Part shown: piece by piece, positions 41,373 through 55,489 of the stretch
Layout of the letters: the number at the start of each line of letters is the position of its first letter
Position numbering within the stretch: position 1 is the stretch's first letter
Source of the DNA: Octopus vulgaris
Taxonomy: Eukaryota
NCBI GenBank assembly: GCA_951406725.2
Contig: OX597835.1
Location: 45,756,001-45,820,000, forward strand
Reading direction: 5' to 3'
Length of the DNA: 64,000 nt
Made by a program: the position numbers and the translations under genes
The notes under the pieces: generated by a model
Databases searched by the model: none
What the model was told of the DNA's origin: nothing
The model's input: the letters and a program-made list of their open reading frames with translations, nothing else

Positions 41373-43943
41373 TCAAAATGAAGATCAATTGAACAGTCAG
41401 CGAATTTGAATGGCACAAGAAAACCATCACCAAATATAAGAATATTTGTTTTAACACACGATTCCACACCAAAAACATGCAAAACAATTACTTAAACGCG
41501 CGCGCACACACACACACACAAACACACACATATACACGCGTGTGTGTGTTTATGTGTATGCATTTATACGGTTTCGTTTGTGTATATGGTCTATTCATGT
41601 AATTTTACTGGATTTAATTTCTTGCAGCGGTCAATGGCTTGTAATTCTATATTCATTTTATTAGATACTGAATGTTTTACAATTCTCTTAAGGTTCTTGA
41701 CAAGATACATACGACCATTAACAATAATTAAACTAACATGTGATAAAATGTTCTTTTCTTAACAATTAAATGGAGACTGGGTTATAAAATGGAGACAGTT
41801 GTCTGGCATTCATAGCTTGTCAACCCCTCCTATCTCCTTATCACAATGTGTCGAAGAGGAGGTAGCCAGTTGGGCAGCAGTTGTGGCTAATGATTTGATC
41901 AAATGGAGTATTAAACATACCACGAATTATACATGGCAGAATGAGCGAGACTCTGGCTAAATAAATCTTTGATAATTCATCCTCATTCTTTGTCTCCACT
42001 CCCCCCCTCTCTGTATACACACACACACAAGGTCTTCTCATAGTTACCGATCAACCCAGAAATACGCTTGCTGAAAATACTACACAGTGACCACGAACTC
42101 TCGATCACGTGGTTGAAAAGCAATTTTCTTAATCATACAAACTTCTCAAAGTCCATTATATCAATAATTTCTTTGCTATGAAAAGCAAAATAATAGATTT
42201 GTCGAATGTTGCGATTATTTCCAACAAGTGCGTAAAGTGATGCCTGCTAAATTTTTTTCATCACTGAGCTAGGAATTCAAGTGTTGAAATAAATATAACA
42301 CTTCTCGGAGAAAGCGAATAAAATTGTCTGAAGTAGTTTGTTTGTGACAGATGATTAAGTTCAGTCTGTAGCAGTAAATTTATCGAAAATTTACGTCACC
42401 CTCGTTACAATTCTGTTGTGTGTAGAGACCAGATTTAATATTGTATGGCACTTTTTATATCTGTAAAGCTGAAATTAGAAGACAACGATGATCTGAACAC
42501 CGGAACATTTGTTCTATTTCTGGAGGCAAGTTGTTGCCATATAGATATATATCTCACCGTTGTTTATCTTTTTTGTCTTCAATCAAAGATACATGCGATG
42601 ACGTCGTTTCCAGCCATGACTATCCTGTCTTTTGTATATTTAGGACCACATTATGCAACATTGCTTAAAACGGCGGGTTGAAGCTGAGATACTTTGGAGA
42701 CTATTCCTAAACGATGAAGCCATCTCCTGCATTAATTTGCAATCAGCCACTGTAAGTATATGAATAAATAACTTTCAAAGAAGATTAGAGTTTGCTTTCT
42801 AAATCTCTCAATAGGGATACCCTGCCTGTATCTATCTCTTTTCCACTGGAAATTTGTTCAGTTCCACAATATCCATTCCAGTGGCTTCTTGTAACGAATA
42901 ACAGCTTTTGATACAAAAACTGTTAAATCAACTTTATCCTTAAAGCAAACAAACAAACGACCAAACTAAGAAGATCAATTCTGCCCAAGAATAGTTTTCT
43001 TTGGACAAAATATTTATTACGGAATTTGGATGATTTTCTAAAACTGATCTTCCATTCATGATACCTTCGTAGATGTGCATATTCTGTGAAAAGTTCTTGA
43101 TTATTTTTCGTCAAACTCTTATTTTGAACAATGAAAAATTCATTCATTCATGCATGACGTTGGTGTCATTTCTTTAATAATATTATAAAGAAAACGTATC
43201 CTTCTGTTTTTACTGTTTTGTTTTTCAGTTTACAAATCATGACTGTACCAACCCTTAACATGAGTATAATTATCTTTTGATCACCAAATTTATTTCTGTA
43301 TAAAATCGTTGAATAGTTCAGAGAAAGAATGTTAATCATATGCTGATACTTGCGTCATCTCACAAGAAAAAAAAAAGAGACAAAAAAATCAATAACACAT
43401 AACATATATGAACATTTTCTAAAATAAAGTTTCGTCTCTTTAATGAAGAATTCACAAATGCCAGGAGCGATTCCGGATATCATCCATCTCATTACGAATA
43501 AAGCGAATACTGAATGGATAATTCTTTTAAGACGTATCGAATAGTTTTCGAAGAGATAAAGAAATAAAGTATTGCTATGTGACATCAGATGGAATCTGTG
43601 AAGAGAGATTTGGCAGTGATGTTTGTACATGTTGGACATCATTGACGCTAAATAAACCCCCAAACTACGCTTTCAATGAATATTTGATTTTGCACTCTGT
43701 TAATTATTCCACTGTTCGTTAATGGCCGTTCTTGAGTGAGAAATCATAATTCAATATTTCATAAATACTTGATACTTTTTCGGTACCAATCGTATCAAAT
43801 ACCATGCTAAGGTTGCGATAGTTTCGATCTACTTGAGGTCTGAAGCGCCGTACGGGTAAAGTTGTTCAAAGAAACTCGAAAACAAATATACAAGGAAAAG
43901 AATAACAGTTTAAAACTGCAAAAGTGCCACAAGTTATAAATAA

Positions 43944-44175
43944 GGCGGTGAGCTGGCAGACACGTTAGCGCGCCAGGCGGAATGCTTAGCGGTATTTCGT
44001 CTGTCGTTACGTTCTGAGTTCAAATTCCGCCGAGGTAGACTTTGCCTTTCATCCTTTCGGGGTCGATTAAATAAAAGTAACAGTTTCGCACTGGGGTCGA
44101 TGTAATCGACTTAATCTCTTTGTCTGTCCTTGTTTGTCCTCTCTATGTTTAGCCCCTTGTGGGCAATAAAGAAAT
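43944..44175 (+). mobile_element. Meta/MESC-type SINE, full length
   Basis: GGCGGTGAGCTGGCAGA head, GAGTTCAAATTCC B box, central domain and tail as in the 38.2 kb array. Confidence 0.9.
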
Positions 44176-44303
44176 ATATAAATAATGTCTTATAGGCAGT
44201 GGTTAAGGACCATGCTTAAAATTACTTCGTATAACAACGTAGTTTGGGGTTTATTCACACTGCATGGTGCCGAAGTTAACTATCATACACACGCACACGC
44301 ATA

Positions 44304-44352
<49 letters not shown>

Positions 44353-44959
44353 TCTCTCTATAGTCTGTGTCTTTCTCTTTCCTTACCTCTGATTCTTCCC
44401 CTACTCTCTCACATTTCTCTGTGTTTCTTACTTTGCACCATTGTTGTCCCTTTCTTTCTCTCTCTCTCTTTGATTCCTTGCCCCTACCTTTTTTTTCTCT
44501 CTCTTCTTCCCTCCTGTCACGTGACTGCTGTTCAACTGGTCTTTTTGCCTTTGACCGCTGCCATGTTAACACTGTTGTCTCCGTCTGCCGCAAAGGCATT
44601 TTTTCAAAATACGCCAGCCAAGATAAGTTTAATTGTCTGAAGTCGTAAGACTCCCGTTGTCTTGTTATTACTATTCTTGTTTTTTATTTTTTGTTTCTTG
44701 TATTTATATTTGTGTGGCATCGTCCGGTTTTCTGTCTTTGTTTCGTATACATTCGATCCTTTTTCCAAGAAATCTAATGCTCGCAGCTTAGTTTTTCCTT
44801 GGGGCTGGCCGGATCGGAGTGATATCAGGATTAATCAGCCGAAATTGCTAAGATGATCCGGTCCCTGACTGAAGATTAGAGGCTTCGAATGACCTGTCTT
44901 TTTTTGTGTCTTCTCTCTGTGTAGTTTGCGTTCTTGCCCCATTTTATATATAAGTTTTA

Positions 44960-45002
<43 letters not shown>

Positions 45003-45005
<3 letters not shown>

Positions 45006-45605
45006 TGGAGAAATCGACAGATAGACATCAATATATTAACATAACTCTGGTTTCGGGTAACATCAAATTCGTATAACCAACAATTGTTTCTATATTCAAT
45101 TAATTCAAACTACAAATAATTAAATTAAAGACGCATTTTGAATATAGTAAATCGAACATTTCATCAGGGTTAGAAATCGACACAAAACGAATCATATCCC
45201 AATGGGTTGAGGGATCAATAGCAGATTCAGCATATCGAGGTTCATTCTGTTAAGCGTGCTTATGATTGTTAATCCATTGGAATGCGATTATTTTTTGTAC
45301 CTGGTTCTAACCCTGATTAAATATTCTGTTTAGTATATTCAAAATGCATCTTTAATCTAATTATTTGTAATTCGAATTAATTGAATATAGAAACAATTTT
45401 AGGTTATAGGAAATTGATATTGTACGAAATTGGGGTTATGTTAATAAGCTGATGTCTATCTGGCGATTTCTACGTTTGCTTTTCTTATACAAAAATGATA
45501 ATATACCCACTTGAATCGATAAGAAGCTAATATCCTTTCAGCCTTTCATCGATACTCCGTATTAACCAGCAAACTTGGCTGCTAACCCCCCTTTAAGATG
45601 AATAT
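45003..45605 (+). mobile_element. Older fold-back module with diverged ~205 bp inverted arms and a 3' tail
   Basis: ~45003-45211 is the imperfect reverse complement of ~45269-45476; unpaired tail to ~45605; TA-rich tracts on both sides. Confidence 0.75.
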
Positions 45606-45867
45606 ATCCGCATAACAATAAGTACGTGTATATGTGTGTGTGTTTATATACATAAGTATGTATATATATATATATATACATACATACATACACACACACA
45701 TATATAGTATGTATGCACCATTATATATGTATATGTATATGTATATATATATGTGTGTGTATATTTATATACTATGTACGCATGTATATATATATGTATG
45801 TATGTATGTATATATATCCTTATATGTTTATATATGTATGAGAGGAACTCAGCCACTTGCCCCCATC

Positions 45868-45985
45868 AAACCTAACGATCGAAAGGAAATCAATCACTTT
45901 GCGTCCGTGAGACCCAGACCTAACGCTCCATGAGGCCCAACGATCGAAAGGAATGTAACCACTCTCCCTCCGTGAGACCTAACGT
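45868..45985 (+). repeat. Short imperfect tandem repeat (~65 bp unit)
   Basis: AACGATCGAAAGGAA..CACT..TCCGTGAGACC occurs twice. Confidence 0.7.
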
Positions 45986-46021
45986 TCAAGGTTGGCTTTC
46001 GCATGTGCCACCAGCACGGGT

Positions 46022-46087
<66 letters not shown>

Positions 46088-47680
46088 GTATACATATAAT
46101 ACAGTATGTATGCATTTTTATATGTATGCATGTATGTATGAATGTGTTCGTGTGTGTTTATGTATGTATGTATGTTTGTATGTATGTGTGTATGTATGTA
46201 TATGGACTATAGTTTTGCGACGTATTTGAAATTCTAAAGGTAATTTCCCTGCAGTTACCGTGGAGGAAAACCAAATTCTCGCTAATTTTAAAAGACGTAA
46301 AACCACCATATCTGCTCAGTATCTTTACTTACCGATCTCCGAGACACGCTTCCAGCTTCATATCCTTCTTCAGTAGTTATTGAACAAAAATTCTTCTCCA
46401 AGATAACTACAGTGAATAACCTTGAGGAGCTGACATATGTCACAACCCTATTTTAACTACTCTGAAGCTTGTTTATTCTACACGCTGATACCATTTTATT
46501 TATTCCGTACAAGAAGATGCATATGCAATCCAATCAGTGATATTTACTGTTATTTCTTTTCGCTATCGTATACTGAGAAAGAATCAAGAGACAGAATATG
46601 CGTTTGTGACTACTGAAGCAGGAGATATTGTGCAGATATCGTGTTTTTATACGTATTATCATAGGCAAAGATTTTCCCTGTCTATAACATCAAGATATTT
46701 GGCTTTAGAACTTGAAATATGCTGCAAAGACTCACACATACGCACACACACATATCTTTAACTGATTGAGATATCTATCTAAGTAGGCTGGCATGTATGC
46801 ATATTTGTATGTTTTGTATGCATGTATGTATATATGTATGTGTATGCGTTTCATTAATTACGTGACTGTATTCAAGCTGTATATATTCTATGATTAACAT
46901 ATTCTCTTAGCATTTGGCTGTGAGTTTGGAACTCAGGAGTTTCTAATTATGCATCCGATATTTCGAAATCTTCACAGTCTTATTATGAAGAGCTAGATTG
47001 CATTTCCTGTTCGTGATGCTTCTCATATTTTGATTGAAACGTGTAAACACCCCCGCCCAAAACCTTTTGGACATTTAACATCATATATTAACACGCACGT
47101 GTTAGCACATTAACCACACACACACGCACACGCGCATACGCACACACACACATATATATATATCTGTGTGTACGTATACATATATATATATATCGATGCT
47201 AGGTAGTGATGTACATAAACAAAATTAGGTTTCATTAACACTCACACGGAGATAAGCATACATATAAATACAAAAATATTTGCATAGAGCATTAACAAAT
47301 ATAGAATACAAAGAACAGAATGCATGATTTCTTAATACGACAGCTTCTTCCGAAAGATCGGACTTAAGTAATAATCTAAATCTTTATAATTTGCAGAGGG
47401 AATCTGAAAAAAAACTTCTTTGATATTGCAACCAGTACATATTACATTCAGTACGGATTCCTTCATATGTTCTCAATACTAATCATATATAACTCTCATG
47501 CTGGAGCACCACCTTTTGTGTGTGTGTGTGTGTGTGTGTATGTGTGTGAATATATCACTATATATATATGTGTATGCCTGTATTTGTTGAGTTACGAACT
47601 GGAGAACATTTTTGGCTGACAAAACAGAGTATAAACATATATATATGTGTGTGTGTGTGTGTGTATAAATATACATATAC

Positions 47681-47734
<54 letters not shown>

Positions 47735-47816
47735 CAATTGCAGCGTGGAAGGTGTTTGTAACCCATTTAAGAAACACACAAAAAGCCGTTCGATTCACTT
47801 CAACATTTAAGTTTAA

Positions 47817-47866
47817 TTTGTCAAAATATTTTCGTCGCTAAAATCCGCGACCTGTTCACTGACAAA
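47817..47866 (-). ncRNA. Type I hammerhead, G3-C8 variant
   Basis: Minus strand TTTGTCA-GTGAACA-G-GTCGC..GCGAC-GAAA-ATAT-TT-TGACAAA. Confidence 0.72.
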
Positions 47867-47888
47867 AATCCGTGCTGCATCTCGGATT

Positions 47889-47938
47889 TTTGTCAGTGAA
47901 TAGGTCGCGGATTTTAGCGACGAAAATATTTTGACAAA
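47889..47938 (+). ncRNA. Type I hammerhead, G3-U8 variant (mirror copy)
   Basis: TTTGTCA-GTGAATA-G-GTCGC..GCGAC-GAAA-ATAT-TT-TGACAAA. Confidence 0.65.
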
Positions 47939-48094
47939 TTAAACTTAAATGTTGAAGTGAATCGAACGGCTTTTTGTGTGTTTCTTAAATGGGTTACAAA
48001 CACCTTCCACGCTGCAATTGTTTTCGTTTCAGCACACGATCTCAGATCAAGTCACTTGCTATGCGAGTACACCTCCGAAATATATATATATATA

Positions 48095-49660
48095 TAATAA
48101 GGATTCAGATAGAATCGGAAACTTGAACTGATTTGGAGAGACCTGTGTTTACTGAACAAATGTAAATGCATATATAAAGCCAGTGAAGCATAGGGTCGGA
48201 GTTTAGGATTCGTTACCTAAGACTAAAGAACTACGTCGTGCCGACAGAGATACAGAATAGAGGGGTGTTCTCTGGATATAGGTTGAATTTTGGGCGGAGG
48301 TACGAAGGCAATCAAATTTTAAGGTCTCTTAAGGAATTGTAGTGTTATGTGCGAGTGATTTATGTGGTTAAGTGGAAAGATGTAGGTTATATTGAATGGT
48401 GGACACCACTTGAAATATGAGGACGGGTTTGCCAGGAGAGGAAATACCTGGTAGTAATGCCACTGCACTACTTGTCATTAAGGAGTTGAAAGAAAGAAGG
48501 GCTTATGTAATAGACTATACTAGTACTACTAGTACCGAGTTAAAGGAAATACCAGATCGGATATAAAAAAAACAGCAATAGGAAATTGTCTAATGAATAA
48601 TAGTTTTGAATGCTATATAAGTGTTGTTCTTATGAATTAATTAGATAGCATAATGTGTGAATGAGGTAATGCAACTCTGGACAATAGTCGCGCCTAAGAG
48701 GTTTGGATAGCGTGCTCCAGCTATCATTTAAGATGTGCAGCACAAATAACTGTATCTTGGTATAAGGATTATTTACTTAGTGGAATCGGAAAAGAACTGG
48801 ACTAGTTGTGCAGGCTGCAACCTGTAGGTTAGATATTTTACCTATTGTTAATACATAATACTAAGTACACCACAAATAGAATGGTTAAGTCCTTCAAAAG
48901 AGCATAGCATGCAAATATAGTAAGGGTGGTTAGGAAGTAATGGTAAAGAAGAACGAGACTAGACGGACTTATACAATTAAGCAGATCAATCGGCTTTTAG
49001 GCCAACAATAGAGGGAGTAAATTTGACTTACCCTAGGTTAGGAGCTATTATAGAGGTTGTTTAATGTCCTTAATTATGTAAAACTGACCTTATGTAGACA
49101 GGAAAGACAAAAGTCTAGTTTATATTTTATTAAATTTTCGATGTCCCAACTCAAATCAAATTTGACATTGTCGTCCTTCAGTTCCCAAATCTTTGTTGCT
49201 GGAGAAGTTGTGCCTGTGCTATGTCTTAATTTAAAGGAAGAATAGTTGTTACGCATGGGCTGCTTGAGATTTTAAGAGCAGCCAATATAAGTATAAGTAT
49301 TGGTCTCCGTCACAACATTACATTTGTAAACTACATTTATTGTTAGCCATCGACCAGAAAGTGGACATGAGATTTTGTCTAAACAATTGCACCCAATATT
49401 TTCCAAGACTTGAAATTTATTATCACTGGTACACGATCCTACGTTATTATGGCGTAATAGTTCAAGCTCGCGAGAGTTATCGGTGTTTGTAGGGTTGTTA
49501 CCGGGGTTTATATCACTAGGATCATGACTATTATAATTAGTTGCCGAGCCCAGTGTCGGAGAAAGTTGATGCTGAGAATTGCCGAAAGGGATTTGGCTTT
49601 CAGATGGTGGCACTAGAGGGATGTGAATGTGTGCTGTAAGGGGAGGATTTTCAGCACAAG
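48095..49660 (-). mobile_element. Decayed Penelope-like element (Naiad-like): Cys knuckle, GIY-YIG and long 3' UTR
   Basis: ORF 49272-49613 CNCLDKISCPLSGRWLTINVVYKCNV..TYIG; ORF 49074-49256 RNNYSSF..KIWELKD..LSWDI..C..CL; 3' end at (TA)n. Confidence 0.85.
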
Positions 49661-50127
49661 TGTAAGATAGATAGATTCATATATACATATACCTATATAT
49701 GCAAGTGTGCGTGTGTGTGGCTATATATGATGTGGATAATTAGATTTGTGCTTGTATCAGTATTATAAGTTGACATGGTGAATTAATTAATTATGTATAT
49801 ATAATGTTGTCAGAACGTATGCAAGCTTACGCAGGTATTTTCAGAGATAATCTAAGTACATATGTATAGAGATAGCAAACGTGAATATATCATCGCATTA
49901 TTCTATTGTTTATTCTGTTTGTAGGCCTGTCAAACCGCCTGCATTTTTACTTAATGAATGTAGTGCAGTTTACTGAAATTGTGTGAACTGTGGAAAATGT
50001 ACAGCGGCCAATCAAATAACCGTACACGCCTGTACGTACTTACACACGCACACGCATGCACAAACACAGACACACACACAGAGACATGTAGATATATATG
50101 TCTCTCTCTATATATATATATATTTAT

Positions 50128-50167
<40 letters not shown>

Positions 50168-50173
50168 ATATAT

Positions 50174-50214
<41 letters not shown>

Positions 50215-50229
50215 CATACATACATACAT

Positions 50230-50262
<33 letters not shown>

Positions 50263-50282
50263 GGTATATATATATATATATA

Positions 50283-50624
50283 AATTAATAGGGGTAGAAA
50301 TTGATATTAATCAATTAAAAACAGTGGCCTAGCATATTAAAAAAATCCGAAGATTAAAATATTTTTGCATACAAAATTTAAAGGACTGACCACTAAAAGT
50401 GGACGGTCAACATGCTAGATATAGACGTCAAATCACTATTTTCCACAAAGTATATGTTCTCAAAAAAAAAAAACACAGCACAAACCAAACCTTATTTTTA
50501 ATGCTTTGGTTTGTGCTGAGTTTTTTTTTATTTGAGAACATATTCTTTGTGGAAAATAGCGATTTGACGTCTATATCTAGCATGTTGAACGCCCACTTTT
50601 AGTGGTCAGTCCTTTAAATTTTGT
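50283..50624 (-). mobile_element. Fold-back module, ~120 bp inverted arms plus an 88 nt tail
   Basis: 50371-50489 vs 50505-50624 with a few mismatches; (TA)n on both sides; no hammerhead visible. Confidence 0.8.
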
Positions 50625-51449
50625 GTGTATATATATATATATATACACACATACACACCTAATGTTATATACATGTAATATATCCGTATGTGTGCACATT
50701 ATATAAGTGAAATTCCTGGAATGATTTAATGACTACTGGAGGTGTCATAGAAAAGAGAACAATGAACGCAAAAGCTAATAAGATGATAAAAATGTTGCTT
50801 AACGAAATTGTTATTGCTTAAAAATTATATTGGGTTATGCTACACTTAATGCTTAACTCTGTATAAAGGAAGTAGCTGCTAATACATAAAGTGTGCGATA
50901 TGATCCGTAATACATAATATTGTGAAAACTCAGGTGTAATTTCATATTATTGCTGTTTAAATTACTTGTTTATTACGAACTTTCTTAATATACTTTAATA
51001 GTGATATTTAGACAATGATTCCTTGACGTTTCTAAATTCAACGGAAATTTTCTGTAGATGAGCATATTTAGATATAATTATTCTTAGAAATATTATGGAA
51101 TGTACTTTGATTATACCATTTTGCTTTCTGTGTAGCGTTTTTTCCTTGTGGTTCTTCTATGTTCCGAGCTGTTTTCTACGTCATAGAAATCCGTCACTAA
51201 TGAGCGTAAATTGATTTCATTTTAAACTAAATTTCAATGCATTCTTCGGATGTTTATGTAAGGGGAGGTATTTTTATAGGCTATCGTTTACAATTTATTG
51301 AGAGAAATTAATATATAGTGGGACCGACTGATTGGATGTTAGTATTTTTAGTAAAACCTCTAAAATGGACAGTTTTGTTTTTCGACGTGTTAAAACTCTT
51401 TTTCTTGTAGTTTGAAGTTACATAAATAGAAATTTCATTATTTCTGTAG

Positions 51450-51592
51450 CGTCCTTTCAAATTCTGCCGAGGTCGACCTTGCCTTTCATCCTTTTGAGGT
51501 CGACTAAATAAGTACCAGTTACACACTGGTGTCCATGTAATGGACTAGCCCTTCGCCCAAAATTTAAAACCCTGTGCCTTTAGTAGAAATGA
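51450..51592 (+). mobile_element. Meta/MESC-type SINE 3' half
   Basis: TTCAAATTCTGCCGAGGTCGACCTTGCCTTTCATCC..AAGTACCAG. Confidence 0.8.
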
Positions 51593-53144
51593 TTATTTCG
51601 GTAGTGTCTTATTTCAACATGAAGCAATTAAATCTTTTAGCTTGTGAGGTCACATTTTCTTACGAAGAAGATTTTTTCCTCTGTATAGTTATAGTTCAGT
51701 GTGAATCCACATATAAACTATAACCAGATTTATGCAATATATTGCAGAATGTTTTTGTCTGCGTGTCATTTATTTATCTTCTTATAATGTGCATCAGTCT
51801 AAAATGATAGGTATATTGGAAATAGAATCCGTTGACAATAGAATCCGTTAACATATATCTAATATTTCATGGTTTCTTTTACAGTTAGTATTAATATGAG
51901 TCAAAATATTCCTATTCCAGTTTAGTGTGTTTTTGACTGTGTTAATACAAGAATTACATAGAAATCCCTGGTAGCTGTTTATATATTTCACAGATTTTCT
52001 AAGATACTCCGAAAGAATGAGTTTTCTCATCTAGTAAGTGTTTCGATTACAATATTTTGGTAAGGTTCTGGGAATTCTTTTAAATTTGATATTGATGATG
52101 GGAATAATCATACTTTCTTTAAATTGTTGAAGAAGCATGTTTTGAAGTCTACAGCTATTAGTTTTAAATCCTTATGTGAGACTCTGGTTATATTTTTAAT
52201 ATTCCCGTAGCAAGTAGCAAGGAGCACTAAATTCTTTGTTCATTAAAGTGTCTTCTGTGGGGAATTTTGAGTTTTATTTTTACCACAGTAACAGCGTTGA
52301 TTTTAATAAAGAGTATATAGGAAGTTCTGCAAGTTTCCTCTTCGGTAAGTTATGATTTATAAAATGCCTGGTGCATAGGTGTTTAAACTTCATTATAAAG
52401 CGAATTGTATTCTACACTAATATTTAGAAAAAGAATGATCAAACTCGTAGCACTTAAATTAATAAATAATGATACGTTTTCCGACGAACACCTCATTATT
52501 TCATATCCTCTAAATGTAAACTTTATATTAGATATCGTCAATACTAAATGTTTGCATTTACGGAACTATCTTTCGCTTCTTGCCTGTTTGACTACTGTAT
52601 AAAGTACCGATTATTTCTCATTATCAACACTTTATCTTTTAGATATAGTCATCTTCAAGTAGACAGCTAATATAAAATCACACATTTATACTGATACACC
52701 TGTTATTTCACTCGCCAATTATTTCACTGAAACAGTCAAACACCTATCTCTCTGGTGTATTTATTAATTACTATACAAACCTGAGATTTGTATTTAAGCA
52801 TTTAAGATAAATCGCATTTTCACTAGCAATTCTAAAATTAATCTTCAGTACAGCTTAAACTATAATTCGTTTTTCTCACCCTGACTTCTGTGCATTATCT
52901 TTTTATTTTGTAATCCAACACTTATCTTGGTTGACCCAATCGTCGCTGTGAAACCAATCTCTGCTTCAATTCTACACACAGTGTTACATTCGTATATGCG
53001 AGCAAGCTTTCACGCCTACGCACACATAGCAACATTGCACTTTCGAGAGATTCTATCTAATGATGATGCTATAGCTGTTCAAGCGTTTTTCCTATCAATT
53101 CGCATTTCCATTATACATACATACATATTTATATATATATATAT

Positions 53145-53193
<49 letters not shown>

Positions 53194-53221
53194 TATAGAT
53201 ATAGATATAGATATGTATATA

Positions 53222-53294
<73 letters not shown>

Positions 53295-54630
53295 ACATAT
53301 ATATATATACTAAATACACACACACATATATATATAAATGGTGTCACCGGTATAAAAACTCACCTTCAGGACTAAAAGTTCTCTGTCAATTATTCAATGA
53401 TTACTGTACCTTATCAACTTATGCATACACATGCACCCCCAGCGATAAAGAGAAACAAAGCAAACACACCACCGGTGAGCAAAAAATACCGTATATATAT
53501 AGATATATATAAAGAGAGAGAGTGAGAGAGAGTGAGAGAGATATCTTAACATTCCCACCTAACTAGAGATTCATCTGCCCTTACACACCTAAGTTTCCCC
53601 CACACTTTCTAATTTTGTACGGTAAAACAATAAAACTCCAGCACTTGATAAACGTATTCTCTAAGACAAATTCCAGTGTACAAAATGTTAACTTATATAT
53701 CCCGAAATATTTACTCGTATTATCTTTCATATCTTCCAATAAACATTCGTGTATCTTAACTCGTTATGAACCAAATTTCCCTTTAGCATAACTACATTTG
53801 TTCTTGAATGCTTTTATCTATATTTCTTCAATTCTTACTAAACTGACATTTGTTACATTGCAACTAACGAGGAAGAAAAAAAATTCAGATTAATCTCTGA
53901 ACTTTATTATATTTTGATTTCATAAAATATACATCTACATTGTACATTATCTTAGATATATTCCTTGTACGTTCTACATTTATTTACACATCAACATTTA
54001 CAAAACAACTCTTCGCAAATATAAAACTATCACAATTGAAATATTAATACTATTACAGGTACGCCACTAATTATTATCTGAGTACTATTAATACTGAGCA
54101 TTATAGAGTAATTACCATACAAAGCAAACATATGTACATACACATATATATAATTTTAAAAACTGGAGACAATAAGTGGGAGTACGTTTGGACTATTATT
54201 TTTATAATCCCAACAATTAATTTCACGCAACATAGTTTCCCATGTGTGCAGGTAACTGATTATGCAACTGTTTCAATGCATTATGAGATCTAGTTGTGTT
54301 TCCTCAGGTGATATATAAATATTGTCTCTGTAAGTTTAAAACCTCAGCTTCAAGGACATTCCCTCCGACTATCGTGGCCTGAGTTTAGTGGTAGTTACTA
54401 ATATCATCAGAGTGTATTACTGCTGAAATGCCGTTGGTAAACTACTTTGAATGTGCGGATGTTGTGGGATGGTGATTCTGGTATTGTTAAACTGTTTACC
54501 GTTTTCATGGGATTGGCATTTTGTTTCTTTGTACTGAAGATTTGTTCATCTTGGTTGGTTACACATGCGTTTTTCTAAGCTGATCTTTAAGATTCAACGC
54601 TTGAACAAATACACACAGACACAGACATGC

Positions 54631-54922
<292 letters not shown>

Positions 54923-55221
54923 GAGTAAAAAATTAATTTAATATTAAATTTTACCAAGTAGTTTCGGTATGAAAAAGAAACATATTCGGTAAAAACTTAT
55001 TCGAGAAGTTATTTTTTTATATATAATTATAACAATAATTAAGGGTTTAGTAATAAGTTGCTTCACCACATACCGAAAATTTAGAAATACCAGCCCCAAA
55101 AACGTTATTTCTTTTCACTATAATATATGATTCCCCAGATATCAATATCCTTAACTCACATAGGTAAAAAGAAGGAAAACAATGAAATCATATAGCCGAT
55201 CGAAGACCGTAATTATTGTCA

Positions 55222-55292
<71 letters not shown>

Positions 55293-55422
55293 TATATTAA
55301 ATTAGAGATAAAACCACTATTAGGCAAATCATACAATGAAAAGCTTAAGCCAATACATAAGATTAATTAAGTTATATTATTTTAAATATATATCAAAATT
55401 ATTAAAAAAAGATAATTAGTAT

Positions 55423-55489
55423 AACACTACGATCGTTTCATGGCTGTCCAATTCTTAAAATTTCGAGTTACAGTCATTCTTCAGGTGAT
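55423..55489 (-). ncRNA. Type I hammerhead, canonical core (left arm)
   Basis: Mirror of 55551-55612 with a longer stem II loop. Confidence 0.78.

Larger units (their letters stand above)
47733..48080 (+). mobile_element. Fold-back module: 140 bp inverted arms each with a hammerhead, plus a 58 nt tail
   Basis: 47733-47872 vs 47883-48022 with one mismatch; tail 48023-48080; (TA)n on both sides. Confidence 0.88.

Noticed and set aside
42780-43900. Possible host exons in less repetitive sequence
   Set aside because: Short ORFs with no recognisable domain or consistent splice structure
45150-45355. CTGATGA/CTGATTA in the arms of the 45 kb palindrome
   Set aside because: Downstream box reads AAAA-TGC(A/G)-TC and stem I does not close
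45990-46025. Helitron-like 3' hairpin (GTGC..GCAC)
   Set aside because: No CTRR terminus and no other Helitron evidence
51850-54200. Possible very old PLE or LINE coding remnants on the minus strand
   Set aside because: No diagnostic motif could be read with confidence
54255-54315. Minus-strand ATCAC-CTGAGGA..GAAAACAGTTGC candidate hammerhead
   Set aside because: Stems I and II do not pair well enough to call
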